A stretch of 40,377 bases of DNA from Promethearchaeota archaeon Loki_b31. Lineage in GTDB: Archaea; Asgardarchaeota; Lokiarchaeia; Sigyniarchaeales; SOKP01. The position numbers and the translations under genes are program-made. Positions 8,544-18,415 of the stretch are shown one piece after another (positions within the stretch are counted from its first letter, which is position 1; every line of letters starts with the position of its first letter). The stretch is taken from NCBI GenBank assembly GCA_005222975.1, contig NJBI01000033.1, forward strand, positions 1 through 40,377. The letters run 5' to 3'. The notes under the pieces were generated by a model, which made no database searches, was not told where the DNA came from, and saw nothing but the letters and a program-made list of their open reading frames with translations.

Positions 8544-9416
8544 CTAAAGATTCTTACCACAGATGGGGCATGTGCTCCATATTTTTTTGATTTTAGAATT
8601 ACAATGAGGACATATTTTTAAATCTGGATCAATTTTAGTTTGAAGTTTTCCAAAGATAGTAATATTATCTTCAACGCTATATTCTTTTGGATGCTGAGAT
8701 GGTTGCATACTAGGTTTATTAATAAAAATTTGAGAGATTCCAGTTGAATTGTCAATCTTTTCCTTTTTTGAATTTGCATTCGATTCTAATTTAGGTTTAA
8801 AATATTCAGGTTGTGGTTTCGGTGGTTTTTGGACTAAATCATTTGTGATTTGTGTTTTCGATATGGTGAAATCTTCTAAAACCTCGTCATATTCATTTAC
8901 AGCTTTATTTAGTAGTTTCTTCGCATGATTTACGATTTTTCCTTTAGAAATTTGTTGATCTTTTTCTAAATCTTCGATAGGTACGCCAACTTTATAATGA
9001 AAATAATTACCCTCATTATTTTCAATAATTTGCTCACCATGAATTAATATAACTTCAATGTAATAAATAATATTAGATCCAACAGGAACATCAGTGATTT
9101 CTGCTATAAAAAAGTCCAATTGGTTCTCCATTTCCATTTGATACCAAGATCGGCCTTGGTCAGCGCTAAAAATTAATTTAACTCTCTCTAATGTATTATT
9201 AAAATCTTCTTCTGTTATTTTAACAATAATTTTTATTGTTTTCTTTAGCGCCTCCTTTGCATCAGTAGTCTTTTCTGCTTCTACAGAATCCCAAGCAGCA
9301 CCACATTTAGGGCAATTCGTAAACCAATTTGGGTATTCAAACTTACATTTAGTACAAGTTTTAGTAAAATATCTTGTTGTCTTTATTCCAAGTGATTTTT
9401 TTTTTTCTTTTCCCAT
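8544..9416 (-). CDS. Double zinc-ribbon protein with a central beta-rich (Ig-like?) domain
   Basis: N-terminal CTKC-x10-CPKC and C-terminal CPHC-x10-CPICG. The central segment VKLIFSADQGRSW...IIYYIEV...NNEGNYFHY resembles a beta-sandwich. Confidence 0.7.
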   Translation of the reverse strand: MGKEKKKSLGIKTTRYFTKTCTKCKFEYPNWFTNCPKCGAAWDSVEAEKTTDAKEALKKTIKIIVKITEEDFNNTLERVKLIFSADQGRSWYQMEMENQLDFFIAEITDVPVGSNIIYYIEVILIHGEQIIENNEGNYFHYKVGVPIEDLEKDQQISKGKIVNHAKKLLNKAVNEYDEVLEDFTISKTQITNDLVQKPPKPQPEYFKPKLESNANSKKEKIDNSTGISQIFINKPSMQPSQHPKEYSVEDNITIFGKLQTKIDPDLKICPHCNSKIKKIWSTCPICGKNL

Positions 9417-9537
9417 TCCTATTTCATTTCTTAAGAGAGATTAAACCCTAATAAATCTATATAAATTATTAAATTACTTTTTGGTTTATAAATATATTTC
9501 TGATGGATATTATAAAATTTTTATTTAACTAAACTTA

Positions 9538-10713
9538 TTATAAATTTAGTTTTTTTACTACTTTTTCTAAATCAGAAGTAAAATTAGATATATGATCTCT
9601 TTTTACATGTGGCATTAGTACAACTCTAATTAAATTAAAATCTACAAATTTACCTAACATCCACTTGTTATTACGTAATGCTTCATCAATTTCACATATA
9701 CTTTCTCCATTCTCTGTTGTTATTCCTACTATATTCATAACGGGGTTAGCAGCTAATTTTATCCCATTAATTTCAGATATCCTTTTTACTAAATATTTAG
9801 TATTATCCATACATTTTTTTACTATCTCAACAAAACCGTTAATACCTAAAGCTCTCAATATTACCCAAAATGCGATAATTGGACCTCCTGGTCTAGTTCC
9901 AACGATATGAAAGTGCTTAAAATTTCCCCCTGCTAAATAAGGAATTTCAAAACCAGTCTTTTGTAGTATAGACGCATCTTTAACAAAAAATCCCCCAGAA
10001 GGTATTACACCTAAACCCATTTTATGGGGATCCGCTGTAATTGAACTTACAGGCTTTACTGAGAAATCCCATGGAGGAACTTTATATTTTAGTTTTTTTA
10101 GAAATGGTAACACAAATCCACCAAAAGCAGCATCAATGTGATAGAAAATATTCTCTCCTTCGATAATTTTACCCATATCTTCGATTGGGTCAATTAAACC
10201 TAACGAGGTTGTACCTGCAATTCCAACAACGCCACAAGTATTTTTATTGATAAGAGATTCGAAATGGTTTAAATCTAATTCAAAATTATCTCTTAATTGT
10301 ACCTTCCTAAGTCTAATATCACACATATCGGCTGCTTTATCGAAGGAAATATGAGCTGAAGCCGAAACTACAACTTCGGGATTTTTTATTTCAGGCCGTA
10401 ATTTTTTAGCAATCCTCATGGCAATTAAATTAGATTCTGAACCTCCAGTAGTAAATGTTCCGATTATATCTTTATTTCCAAATAACTCACCAATTTCAAG
10501 TACTAATTCATCTTCTAACGCTACAGTCCCTAAAAACAATCCGGGATCTCCTAAATTTTTAGAAATATATTTAATATAAATTTTCTTAGCGAAATCTAAA
10601 GGTTCTGTGCACATGGACCCTAAGATTAAGCCTGAATCGTACGAAAGATCTTTCTCTAACTTTTTCTCAAGTAATTTGAGTATTTCTTGTTTCTCTAATC
10701 CTTCTTTTAGCAT
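9538..10713 (-). CDS. mfnA: L-tyrosine/L-aspartate decarboxylase (group II PLP decarboxylase)
   Basis: ILGSMCT.P, NLGDPGLF.GT, GGSESN, AHISFDKA, HIDAAFGG, DPHKMG and GTRPG motifs. Confidence 0.92.
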   Translation of the reverse strand: MLKEGLEKQEILKLLEKKLEKDLSYDSGLILGSMCTEPLDFAKKIYIKYISKNLGDPGLFLGTVALEDELVLEIGELFGNKDIIGTFTTGGSESNLIAMRIAKKLRPEIKNPEVVVSASAHISFDKAADMCDIRLRKVQLRDNFELDLNHFESLINKNTCGVVGIAGTTSLGLIDPIEDMGKIIEGENIFYHIDAAFGGFVLPFLKKLKYKVPPWDFSVKPVSSITADPHKMGLGVIPSGGFFVKDASILQKTGFEIPYLAGGNFKHFHIVGTRPGGPIIAFWVILRALGINGFVEIVKKCMDNTKYLVKRISEINGIKLAANPVMNIVGITTENGESICEIDEALRNNKWMLGKFVDFNLIRVVLMPHVKRDHISNFTSDLEKVVKKLNL

Positions 10714-10850
10714 CTTTTTATTATAAATTAATAGTTGTTATTATCATTACCCAAGTTTTAAAAAAATAAAACGCATAAAAGGATTAAAATTTTTCAAATT
10801 GAAACTGTTTTTTCAATAAAATTGTTTAAAAATTTGTGATCTTTTTTTAA

Positions 10851-11168
10851 TTACAAAAACCTCTTTGAATCTCTTTTTGTATATTTTTCAATAGCTTTGG
10901 CTAATTCCGAATTCATATTTACTTTGTAATAATTAGCAACACAGATTGTCGCAAAAATGACATCTGCGAGCTCTTCACCAATATTTAATTTTGCGTCGTC
11001 AGACTTCTTCGGTTTGAACCCTTCAAGATGGTTGATTTCTTTTGCTAATTCTCCTACTTCTTCTATAATTGCACCGAGCATTGAAAGAGGAGGCCAATAA
11101 CCCCCGTGATTGAGAATCCATTTGTCAATTTGTTGTTGAAATTCTTTAAGTGATAATTCTTTGTTCAT
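10851..11168 (-). CDS. MazG-like nucleotide pyrophosphohydrolase (YpjD-like)
   Basis: GYWPPLS...EEVGELAKEINH..G.K.KK...EELAD...RD..R motifs. Likely start is MNKELSL (the track starts at 11186). Confidence 0.88.
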   Translation of the reverse strand: MNKELSLKEFQQQIDKWILNHGGYWPPLSMLGAIIEEVGELAKEINHLEGFKPKKSDDAKLNIGEELADVIFATICVANYYKVNMNSELAKAIEKYTKRDSKRFL

Positions 11169-11214
11169 ACATTTAGTAAGATTCAAAAATATTTAAGAAA
11201 TTAAAAAAGAAGAA

Positions 11215-13344
11215 TTATTTAAATAAATTTTCTCGTTTTCTTGCTTCCCATTCCGCTCTTTTTCCTAAATTATATCTATTTACTTCACTGTAATATCCCG
11301 TAACTCTCGAATATACTTTCACATCTTCAGAATAACATTGAGGACATGTAAATTGACTTCCTCGATACATCTTACGACAGGATGGACAATATATAAAATC
11401 TGTAGTATATGCAAAATATGCAGTATTTGTATTAAGACAAATATTTTTTGTGAGTTCCCAAAGAGCCTGAATATCTGGTTTTTGTTCCCCTAACCAAATA
11501 TGTGTAATTACTCCTCCATTTACAATAGGATGATAATCTCCCTGTTTTCGAATTCTTTCAGATAACGGTATATCTGCATCATACCGAAAATGACCTGAGT
11601 TCGTATAATAAGCAGAGTTACCTGATGACTGAGGTATGGCTTTCTTTGGAAAATGTTTCAAATCTAATTTAGCAAAGCGCCCAGAACTGGATTCTGAGGG
11701 CTGTTCCCAAAGTGAATAGGAAATCCCATCTCTTTCTGTCATGGAATTACACTTAGCAACCATGTACTCTAATATTCTTTTCCCAAGGTTATATGTCGTA
11801 TCATTTTCATGCAATTCAAAGCCGGTAATACTTTTTACGGCTTCATTCAAGCCAGTAAAACCTATTGAAAGATTTTGATCTCGCAATTTAAAAATTGGAT
11901 TTCCATTAATTTTGCCACTACATAAGGGTAAATGCCCTGTTTTTAATCGCCTTTCCATTAAATCCCATTTTTTCTTTAGGATTCTAGCTGAAAGCTCCAT
12001 TTTTTCACCCAAAATCCTAATGTAATCGTCTTCGTTGTTGGATATATATGCATATCTAGGTAAATTTAGACTAACGCTTTGAAGTGAGCCAATGGTAACA
12101 TAATTTTCCCATATGTTAACATTTTTCCTTTTTTCAGGATCTACAATACATTGACTTATAATTTGATTGCCACTTAGAAATTTTCTACAGCATTGACTAT
12201 GAATTTCGTCAGGCATCCAATCTGGGCACATATTTAGAAAATATGGAGTCCCCATCGTAGCTACTTCTTCCATTATTTTAATGTAAGATGGTTCGAATTC
12301 CTTAAGCCACTCTTTTTTTATTTTTACCTCATGTTTCGGAAATGCAAATAGTTTTCCGTTATAATCTCCTTGTATATAAACTTCTGTTAAAGCATCAAAA
12401 AGTTTAAGACATTCTTCTCTATAATCTCCATATATACCAATATTTTTTCCATGAGGGCCAATAGCCGGAATATTTAATAAACCCTCTGGAACCGTAGGAG
12501 TGCAAGAAATCGATGTAAACGGTACTTGACCGCCTCTTGCTGCAAAAATTTGATTTGTTTCGAATATTAAACACTGCATTGATTGCTCAATTTCTTTTTG
12601 AGAAAGCCCTCGTACATAAGGAGCAAGAAAAGTGGTAATATAATCGTAACCTTGCCCTCCTGAAAATTCTCCTTGAATAATCCCTAACCATTTTGCTAAG
12701 TGTGTAACTGCCACTCGCAAACTTCCTGCAGGACCAGATTTGCTACAATGTGCCCAACTATCGACAGGGGGAAGTCCATGCTCAAGGATCATACGAGGGT
12801 CCCATTCTTGGCAGAAGGGCCGTAAATCGAAGTATCTTAGCATGTGTATGTGGATATCGCCGTATAAATGAGCATGCGCTTCTTCTGAATCTAAAATTCT
12901 TAAAAGTGCATATTCGTCAGATATTCTATTAGCAGCCCAATGATGGATGCTCTCAGGATTCATATCTTGATTAGCATTTTCATTCACGCCCTTCTCTAAA
13001 ATTGCTTCGTAGTCCATCAACGGCATACCTATTCTGGTATATAGCTTTCGTTCATCTTCAAAATGTTGTTCAGATAATATTGAACAGACTATTTCCCTAA
13101 TGTGCGGACCAGAAAGAAACATTATGCCGGAGGATATAATTCTTCTAACTACTAATTCAGTAATGCTATCAGCGACTTTATCGCTTAACCCTGTTTCTTT
13201 AACAATACTCTGTTTTATTTTTAAAGGATCAAAAGGGACTACATCACCTTCAGTTCGGGAAACTCTTGGTAATAAATTTTTTAAAAAACCACTTCTTAAA
13301 CCTTTATTAACTTCAGTTGTTTCAGATTTTGGAATCAAGACCAT
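11215..13344 (-). CDS. nrdD: Anaerobic (class III) ribonucleoside-triphosphate reductase with N-terminal ATP cone
   Basis: ATP cone (VSRTEGDVVPFDP.KI), GGQVPFTS, QCCR, YYTNS.H, GGVITHIW, CPSC/CPQC Zn site and glycyl-radical motif RVTGY. No intein. Confidence 0.95.
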   Translation of the reverse strand: MVLIPKSETTEVNKGLRSGFLKNLLPRVSRTEGDVVPFDPLKIKQSIVKETGLSDKVADSITELVVRRIISSGIMFLSGPHIREIVCSILSEQHFEDERKLYTRIGMPLMDYEAILEKGVNENANQDMNPESIHHWAANRISDEYALLRILDSEEAHAHLYGDIHIHMLRYFDLRPFCQEWDPRMILEHGLPPVDSWAHCSKSGPAGSLRVAVTHLAKWLGIIQGEFSGGQGYDYITTFLAPYVRGLSQKEIEQSMQCLIFETNQIFAARGGQVPFTSISCTPTVPEGLLNIPAIGPHGKNIGIYGDYREECLKLFDALTEVYIQGDYNGKLFAFPKHEVKIKKEWLKEFEPSYIKIMEEVATMGTPYFLNMCPDWMPDEIHSQCCRKFLSGNQIISQCIVDPEKRKNVNIWENYVTIGSLQSVSLNLPRYAYISNNEDDYIRILGEKMELSARILKKKWDLMERRLKTGHLPLCSGKINGNPIFKLRDQNLSIGFTGLNEAVKSITGFELHENDTTYNLGKRILEYMVAKCNSMTERDGISYSLWEQPSESSSGRFAKLDLKHFPKKAIPQSSGNSAYYTNSGHFRYDADIPLSERIRKQGDYHPIVNGGVITHIWLGEQKPDIQALWELTKNICLNTNTAYFAYTTDFIYCPSCRKMYRGSQFTCPQCYSEDVKVYSRVTGYYSEVNRYNLGKRAEWEARKRENLFK

Positions 13345-13768
13345 AGCAATCCATCACAAATTTTAATTTATAATATTCTAATAAGAAATAAAGGTATACT
13401 ATCAGGTCAAAAACTAAATGTTTTTGTCGGCACTATGAACTGAAACAATACCCTTAATAATTATTTGTTATCGTTTATATTTTACCTCTTTTGATATAAA
13501 AATGTATTATTTTTTCCAATTTAAACTTAATTTATTAATTCTTGATTTGAGATTTAAAACACCAGTTAATTAAACCGCAGAAAACTCCATACTCTTTCAG
13601 AAAAATTCGAAAGAACCGTATTTAATCTCGTTATTTTATCCTTACATAAATTAATGTCGTCTTTACTGATTTTGTAATTTTCAATTGAGTATATAAAATT
13701 TAAAAATTAAAGACTATGAGTATATTTAAATAAAAAATCGATGAAATCAAATTAAAAGTGCTATTTAG

Positions 13769-14098
13769 ATGAGAAAAAACCTCGTAAGCAAAAATTCTGT
13801 TGATTCAGTAGAAATTTTACACGGAATATATAGAAAAACTTTAGCCTATAACAAGAATATGATGTTATGCCATTTTAATCTAATTAACGGCTCACAAATT
13901 CCCTTACATTCACATAAAGAACATCAAATTGGATATGTGTTAAAGGGCAAATTAAAATTTATTACTGAAAATGGAGAATTTATAGCAAAGGAAGGAGATA
14001 GTTATGTTTTTGATTCTAACGAAAAACACGGGGCGATAATATTGGAAGATACGGATGTTATAGATGTATTTAGTCCAGCAAGAGAAGATTATAAATAA
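13769..14098 (+). CDS. Cupin domain protein
   Basis: PLHSH.EHQIGYVLKG...GDSY......HG....DVFSPAREDY motif. Confidence 0.9.
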   Translation: MRKNLVSKNSVDSVEILHGIYRKTLAYNKNMMLCHFNLINGSQIPLHSHKEHQIGYVLKGKLKFITENGEFIAKEGDSYVFDSNEKHGAIILEDTDVIDVFSPAREDYK

Positions 14099-14132
14099 AT
14101 ATAGTTGGTAATCGAAATGTAATAAAAAACGA

Positions 14133-14486
14133 TTACCATTGGTAAGCAGCTACAGCAATAATAGTAATTATGCCAAGTAGAAATTCGCCCATTAACCAAT
14201 CAAAGTACAATTTCTTCTTTTGATCTCTATTTTTTTTAATTCTTGTAGCTAATCCAAAATTAATTGCAGAATTAGTCCCGAAAAAAATCATTAATACAAA
14301 TGTTGGTGCATTTAATTCTAATTCAATTAACCCTAATACAGAATCGAAAATAAAAAACGCCCCCATTAATGAAATTAGAGCAATTAAAAATATCCAACCT
14401 GAAAATTGTATAATTTTTTCGAATTTTACTTCTTCTTCGGATAAGCCTCCATGTAGCCCAGTAGGTTTTTTCTTTACTTTTGACAT
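14133..14486 (-). CDS. Hypothetical 3-TM membrane protein
   Basis: Three hydrophobic segments. Start is at 14486 (MSKVKK) or 14555. Confidence 0.6.
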   Translation of the reverse strand: MSKVKKKPTGLHGGLSEEEVKFEKIIQFSGWIFLIALISLMGAFFIFDSVLGLIELELNAPTFVLMIFFGTNSAINFGLATRIKKNRDQKKKLYFDWLMGEFLLGIITIIAVAAYQW

Positions 14487-14571
14487 ATCATTCTTACCAA
14501 TTTGTTTATAAAATAGTGAATGGTTTATGATTCTTAATTCTTTTTTTTTGCTCATTTTATGTGATAGTAAA

Positions 14572-15051
14572 TTAAGGTCTATTTTTCAGAAATAAAATAG
14601 CTTTTGCTATATCTCCTTCACTATCAATTAATGCTGCGTTCGCCTCTTCTTTATTGACATTTGCTTGAGCTGCTACTAGCATAATATCATTTTCAGTAAT
14701 AATTGGTTTTGTTTCAGATTCTTCAACAAGTTCCGTAGTCTCAACATCTTCCTTTTCTCCAATTAAAATGTCCCCTGGAGAATACTCTTGTGCTTCACCA
14801 ATTATTTGATAGATTTCTTGTCCCATTTGCTTCATTAAAACAACTTCTGGTTGATCAATTATGAGCGTTTTTTCTACTCCTTCTATTATTACTCTAGTAG
14901 CATTAATTTGATCCATTTCAACTCCTTGCTGTTGCATTCGGCGACGCATTTGTCTTGAAGCAAATTGTTGCCCTTCTCTCTTTTTTTTTGCTTGAGGGCG
15001 CTTAGGTTTGCTGTTTTCTCTTTTTTGCATCTCTTTTGGTAATTTTACCAT
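14572..15051 (-). CDS. nac: Nascent polypeptide-associated complex protein
   Basis: RQMRRRMQQQG...ATRVII...IDQPEV..M...GQ.IYQI.G NAC domain, plus the C-terminal UBA-like DIMLVAAQANV..EEA..AL....GDIAKAI. Confidence 0.92.
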   Translation of the reverse strand: MVKLPKEMQKRENSKPKRPQAKKKREGQQFASRQMRRRMQQQGVEMDQINATRVIIEGVEKTLIIDQPEVVLMKQMGQEIYQIIGEAQEYSPGDILIGEKEDVETTELVEESETKPIITENDIMLVAAQANVNKEEANAALIDSEGDIAKAILFLKNRP

Positions 15052-15099
15052 TTTTTTCTCAATAACTCCTAACTATATATTATTAAAATTTATTTAGGC

Positions 15100-15591
15100 T
15101 TATAATTTTGATTTATCGATTCCTTTCCGAACTTTTATTGCGATTCCAGTTTTAAAACTTCGAACATAAGGAATGGGGATCGCTAGTTTTCCAATTGCTA
15201 AAAGGTTATTCTTTTGATTAACAACAATAATCTCATCTAAAGGTCTTAAATTATCATCTATATCCAAAACATGTTTACAAAATACGTTACGACCTTTTCT
15301 AATAAAGTCAGATATGTCATTCAACACGACTGCTCTCAATCTCGGTGTTGAAATGTTTTTAATTATCTTATTAGCTGCGAATAAACTTAATGTAAAGAAT
15401 CCATTAGTTGGTCGCAAATTTAGCAAAAGTTTCTCATCGTAATATATATGCTTTATTTTATCCGTCTTTTTAGAAAACTCAATATGGATATCATTATCAT
15501 TTTCAAATAGAATATTTGTTACTGTTTGTCCAAATTGATAATCAGAAATAGCCTTGACTTTTCTTAAAGCAAAGAATAGTTTGTTTTCCAT
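15100..15591 (-). CDS. PUA-domain protein (ArcTGT C-terminal-like)
   Basis: AISDYQFG, LRPTNG.FTL, GRNVFCKHV..D..LRP.DE..VV and G.AIKVRKG motifs. Confidence 0.85.
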   Translation of the reverse strand: MENKLFFALRKVKAISDYQFGQTVTNILFENDNDIHIEFSKKTDKIKHIYYDEKLLLNLRPTNGFFTLSLFAANKIIKNISTPRLRAVVLNDISDFIRKGRNVFCKHVLDIDDNLRPLDEIIVVNQKNNLLAIGKLAIPIPYVRSFKTGIAIKVRKGIDKSKL

Positions 15592-15660
15592 ATTAAATTA
15601 CTGCAACTATTTACATAAAAATAAAGTTATAAATATTTAATATGTTTGTAAAAAGGAAGA

Positions 15661-16869
15661 TTAAGAGTATAACTTAGAATCAATAGCTTTATCTTTCATT
15701 TTATTCATAACTTTATTTATTGCTTCAATAAAATCGTCTTTAATAATTGCTTCAGCTTCTTTTCTTATTGCAAACATTCCAGCTTCAGTGCAGATTGCTT
15801 TTATGTCTGCACCCGTCGCTCCTTCAGTTAACTCAATCAACTTTTTAAAGTTTAATACTCCATCAATCCTTAAATTTCTTGCGTGAATTTTAAAGATTGA
15901 AGTTCTAGCTTCCCCATCTGGGATTGGAAAATCAATCATTCTGTCAAATCTACCTGGTCTTAATAAAGCCGGATCTAAAATATCAATTCTATTTGTTGCG
16001 CCAATTATTTTTACATCTCCTCTTTCTTCAAATCCATCTAATTCACTTAATAATTGCATTAAAGTCCTTTGTACTTCTCTATCGCCAGATGTAGCAATTT
16101 TTAATCTTTGAGACCCGATAGCATCTAATTCATCTATAAATAATATAGTGGGGGCTTTTTGTTTTGCTAAATTAAATATCTCTCTGACCAAACGAGCACC
16201 TTCACCAATAAACTTTTGAACTAACTCCGATCCTATTATTCTAATGAATGTAGCGTTCGTTTCATGGGCAACCGCTTTCGCAACTAATGTTTTACCGGTC
16301 CCTGGAGGTCCAAAAAGTAAAACGCCGTTAGGCGGATCAATCCCTATTCTTTTAAACAATTCTGGTTTTAACAGAGGTAATTCAACAGTTTCTCTTACTT
16401 CTAGTATTTGTTCATCTAAACCACCGACATCTTCGTAAGTAATATTGGGAATTGCATCGATAACTTCCATTCCTTTTACAAAAGGATCTAATTTTGTTGG
16501 TAAGATTTCCATTATTGCGAAAGTTCTCTGGTTTAGAGCAACTCTCATTCCTGGAGATAGATTTTCGTTTTTAACCTTCCTACTAGGGTTAACAACGAAA
16601 CTAGGGCCAGTAGAGCTTTTTACAATAACTTTACCTGTTTCATCTAACATGTCAATTACAGTAGCAGATACTAAAGGAGGTTCTCTTAACCGATCAATTT
16701 CATTTCTTAAACTATGTAGTTCTTGTTCCAATCTTAGACGTTCAGCATCTAACAACTGTTTTTCAGTCTCTAAATTTCTTAATCTCTTTTCCAGGTGCCT
16801 TGTATAAGTAATTAAATACTCTTCATCCTTAGTTTCTTCCTTTTTTCTCCTTTCTTTGGTTGTAGTCAA
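15661..16869 (-). CDS. pan: Proteasome-activating nucleotidase
   Basis: N-terminal coiled coil, PPL-OB domain, Walker A GPPGTGKT, Walker B FIDELD, SRH ATNR.DILDPALLRPGRFDR and C-terminal HbYX motif (L-Y-S). TTG start. Confidence 0.97.
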   Translation of the reverse strand: MTTTKERRKKEETKDEEYLITYTRHLEKRLRNLETEKQLLDAERLRLEQELHSLRNEIDRLREPPLVSATVIDMLDETGKVIVKSSTGPSFVVNPSRKVKNENLSPGMRVALNQRTFAIMEILPTKLDPFVKGMEVIDAIPNITYEDVGGLDEQILEVRETVELPLLKPELFKRIGIDPPNGVLLFGPPGTGKTLVAKAVAHETNATFIRIIGSELVQKFIGEGARLVREIFNLAKQKAPTILFIDELDAIGSQRLKIATSGDREVQRTLMQLLSELDGFEERGDVKIIGATNRIDILDPALLRPGRFDRMIDFPIPDGEARTSIFKIHARNLRIDGVLNFKKLIELTEGATGADIKAICTEAGMFAIRKEAEAIIKDDFIEAINKVMNKMKDKAIDSKLYS

Positions 16870-17112
16870 AAAGAAAATACCCCATCTTTTATTTATTTAA
16901 ATTTCTAGTAAATTTTCTAATTTATTAATAACTATTTATTCATTTAAATTTAAGGTAATACACTAATATGATAAAAGTATCGATTTCTAAAAAATTTATA
17001 GGTTATATTTTATAACGATTTTTAGCTTTAAACAGAAAATTTTAAGAGTTCTACATCCCATTCATTATATATAGTACTTTTCCTTAGAAATTATTGTATA
17101 TAAGATCGTATT

Positions 17113-17649
17113 ATGTCAAAAAAAGCATCGAATCAATTTGATAAGGAATGCCCCATATGTGGAGGTAAAATATGGGGAAAAGGACAAAAAGTTTTAATAG
17201 AAGAAGCAAAAATTACTGTGTGTCAAAGTTGTGCCCAATATGGCAAAAAAATCAGGGATAAACCTAAAATATCCTATTCTCAACAGCAGACATATGTTAA
17301 ACTTAAGAGACCCGTGAAAAAATTTGTCCCTAAAAGAGATGGCGATGAAACTATTGAAATTGTTCATGATTACGCGAAAAGAATTAGAAATGCTCGAAAT
17401 TCCCGTGGATTTAATCAAGATCAATTTGCTCAAAAATTAAACGAGAAACCTTCTTTACTAAGAAGAATTGAAGCCGGAAAAGTTGAACCAACTATAAAAT
17501 TGGCAAAAAAAATAGAAAAAGTCTACAATATTACGCTTCTTAAGAAAATAGATGAAATTGAACCAAGTGCTAAACAAAGCAAGTATATGAAAAAATCTCA
17601 CGGGGCCTCTCTTGGTGATATTGCTTTTATTACAAAAAAGAAAGATTAA
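17113..17649 (+). CDS. mbf1: Archaeal multiprotein bridging factor 1 (Zn ribbon + HTH)
   Basis: CPICG...VCQSC Zn ribbon, HTH (DYAKRIRNAR..G.NQ..FA.KLNEK.S..RRIE.G) and SLGD motif. Confidence 0.92.
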   Translation: MSKKASNQFDKECPICGGKIWGKGQKVLIEEAKITVCQSCAQYGKKIRDKPKISYSQQQTYVKLKRPVKKFVPKRDGDETIEIVHDYAKRIRNARNSRGFNQDQFAQKLNEKPSLLRRIEAGKVEPTIKLAKKIEKVYNITLLKKIDEIEPSAKQSKYMKKSHGASLGDIAFITKKKD

Positions 17650-17722
17650 CTTTTAAACGCCTTGGAAATTTAGATAATTTTTATTAGAAGTTATTCTTTT
17701 TTGGTGCAATATTAAGAAGTAA

Positions 17723-18313
17723 TTAAATTTCTGAGTCAATTGATAATTCAGCATTTTCAATTGAAACTATTTTTTCTTTTAAAAACTGAATAAAATTTTG
17801 ATTATCTTGAGCTTCTAATGGATCTCCACAATTTGGACATCTGAAATTCAATTCAAACGCCGTGTCAAAATTATACTTAATATTTGAATCTCGACAATTC
17901 TTACATATAAAAAAATAGTTATTTTCTTCAAATTCTAACCTTTCTCTTAACTTTCTTTCTACTAATCTTTTTTTTTCCATTAAGATTTCTTCCAGCAAAT
18001 CAAATTGATGCCACCAGTAATATATAAACCAACCTGTAGACTTATCACGTATTCTTCTAAATTGAGCTAATTTTGCACTATATAATATGTATAAGGTTTT
18101 TCTTACTGTATTTAATTTTAAAAGAACAGTATCATCTGGGTCAATTTCTATTTTATAATCTCCACTTTTAATTCGTTCTTTAATATTTTCTGTTATATCT
18201 TCATCAGTTATATCTTCGTTTTCAGAGTTCAATAATTGAATTCCTACTTCTGTGGCAATATCTCCAGCTATTATATATAAAAACGATCTTAACAAAGGAT
18301 TTAATTCCTTCAT
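17723..18313 (-). CDS. tfe: Transcription factor E alpha subunit
   Basis: TDEDI...LNTVRK.LY.L, RIRDKSTGWFIYYW and C..C...F..A.E..F.CP.CG..L...DN motifs. Confidence 0.92.
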   Translation of the reverse strand: MKELNPLLRSFLYIIAGDIATEVGIQLLNSENEDITDEDITENIKERIKSGDYKIEIDPDDTVLLKLNTVRKTLYILYSAKLAQFRRIRDKSTGWFIYYWWHQFDLLEEILMEKKRLVERKLRERLEFEENNYFFICKNCRDSNIKYNFDTAFELNFRCPNCGDPLEAQDNQNFIQFLKEKIVSIENAELSIDSEI

Positions 18314-18415
18314 AATACGTCATATTCCATATTTTTTCTATTAATAATTTACATAAACCTTTTTAAAAATTAAATTTTTTGAATTTTTAAATAATGGAAT
18401 TTAACTTCAAAAAAA

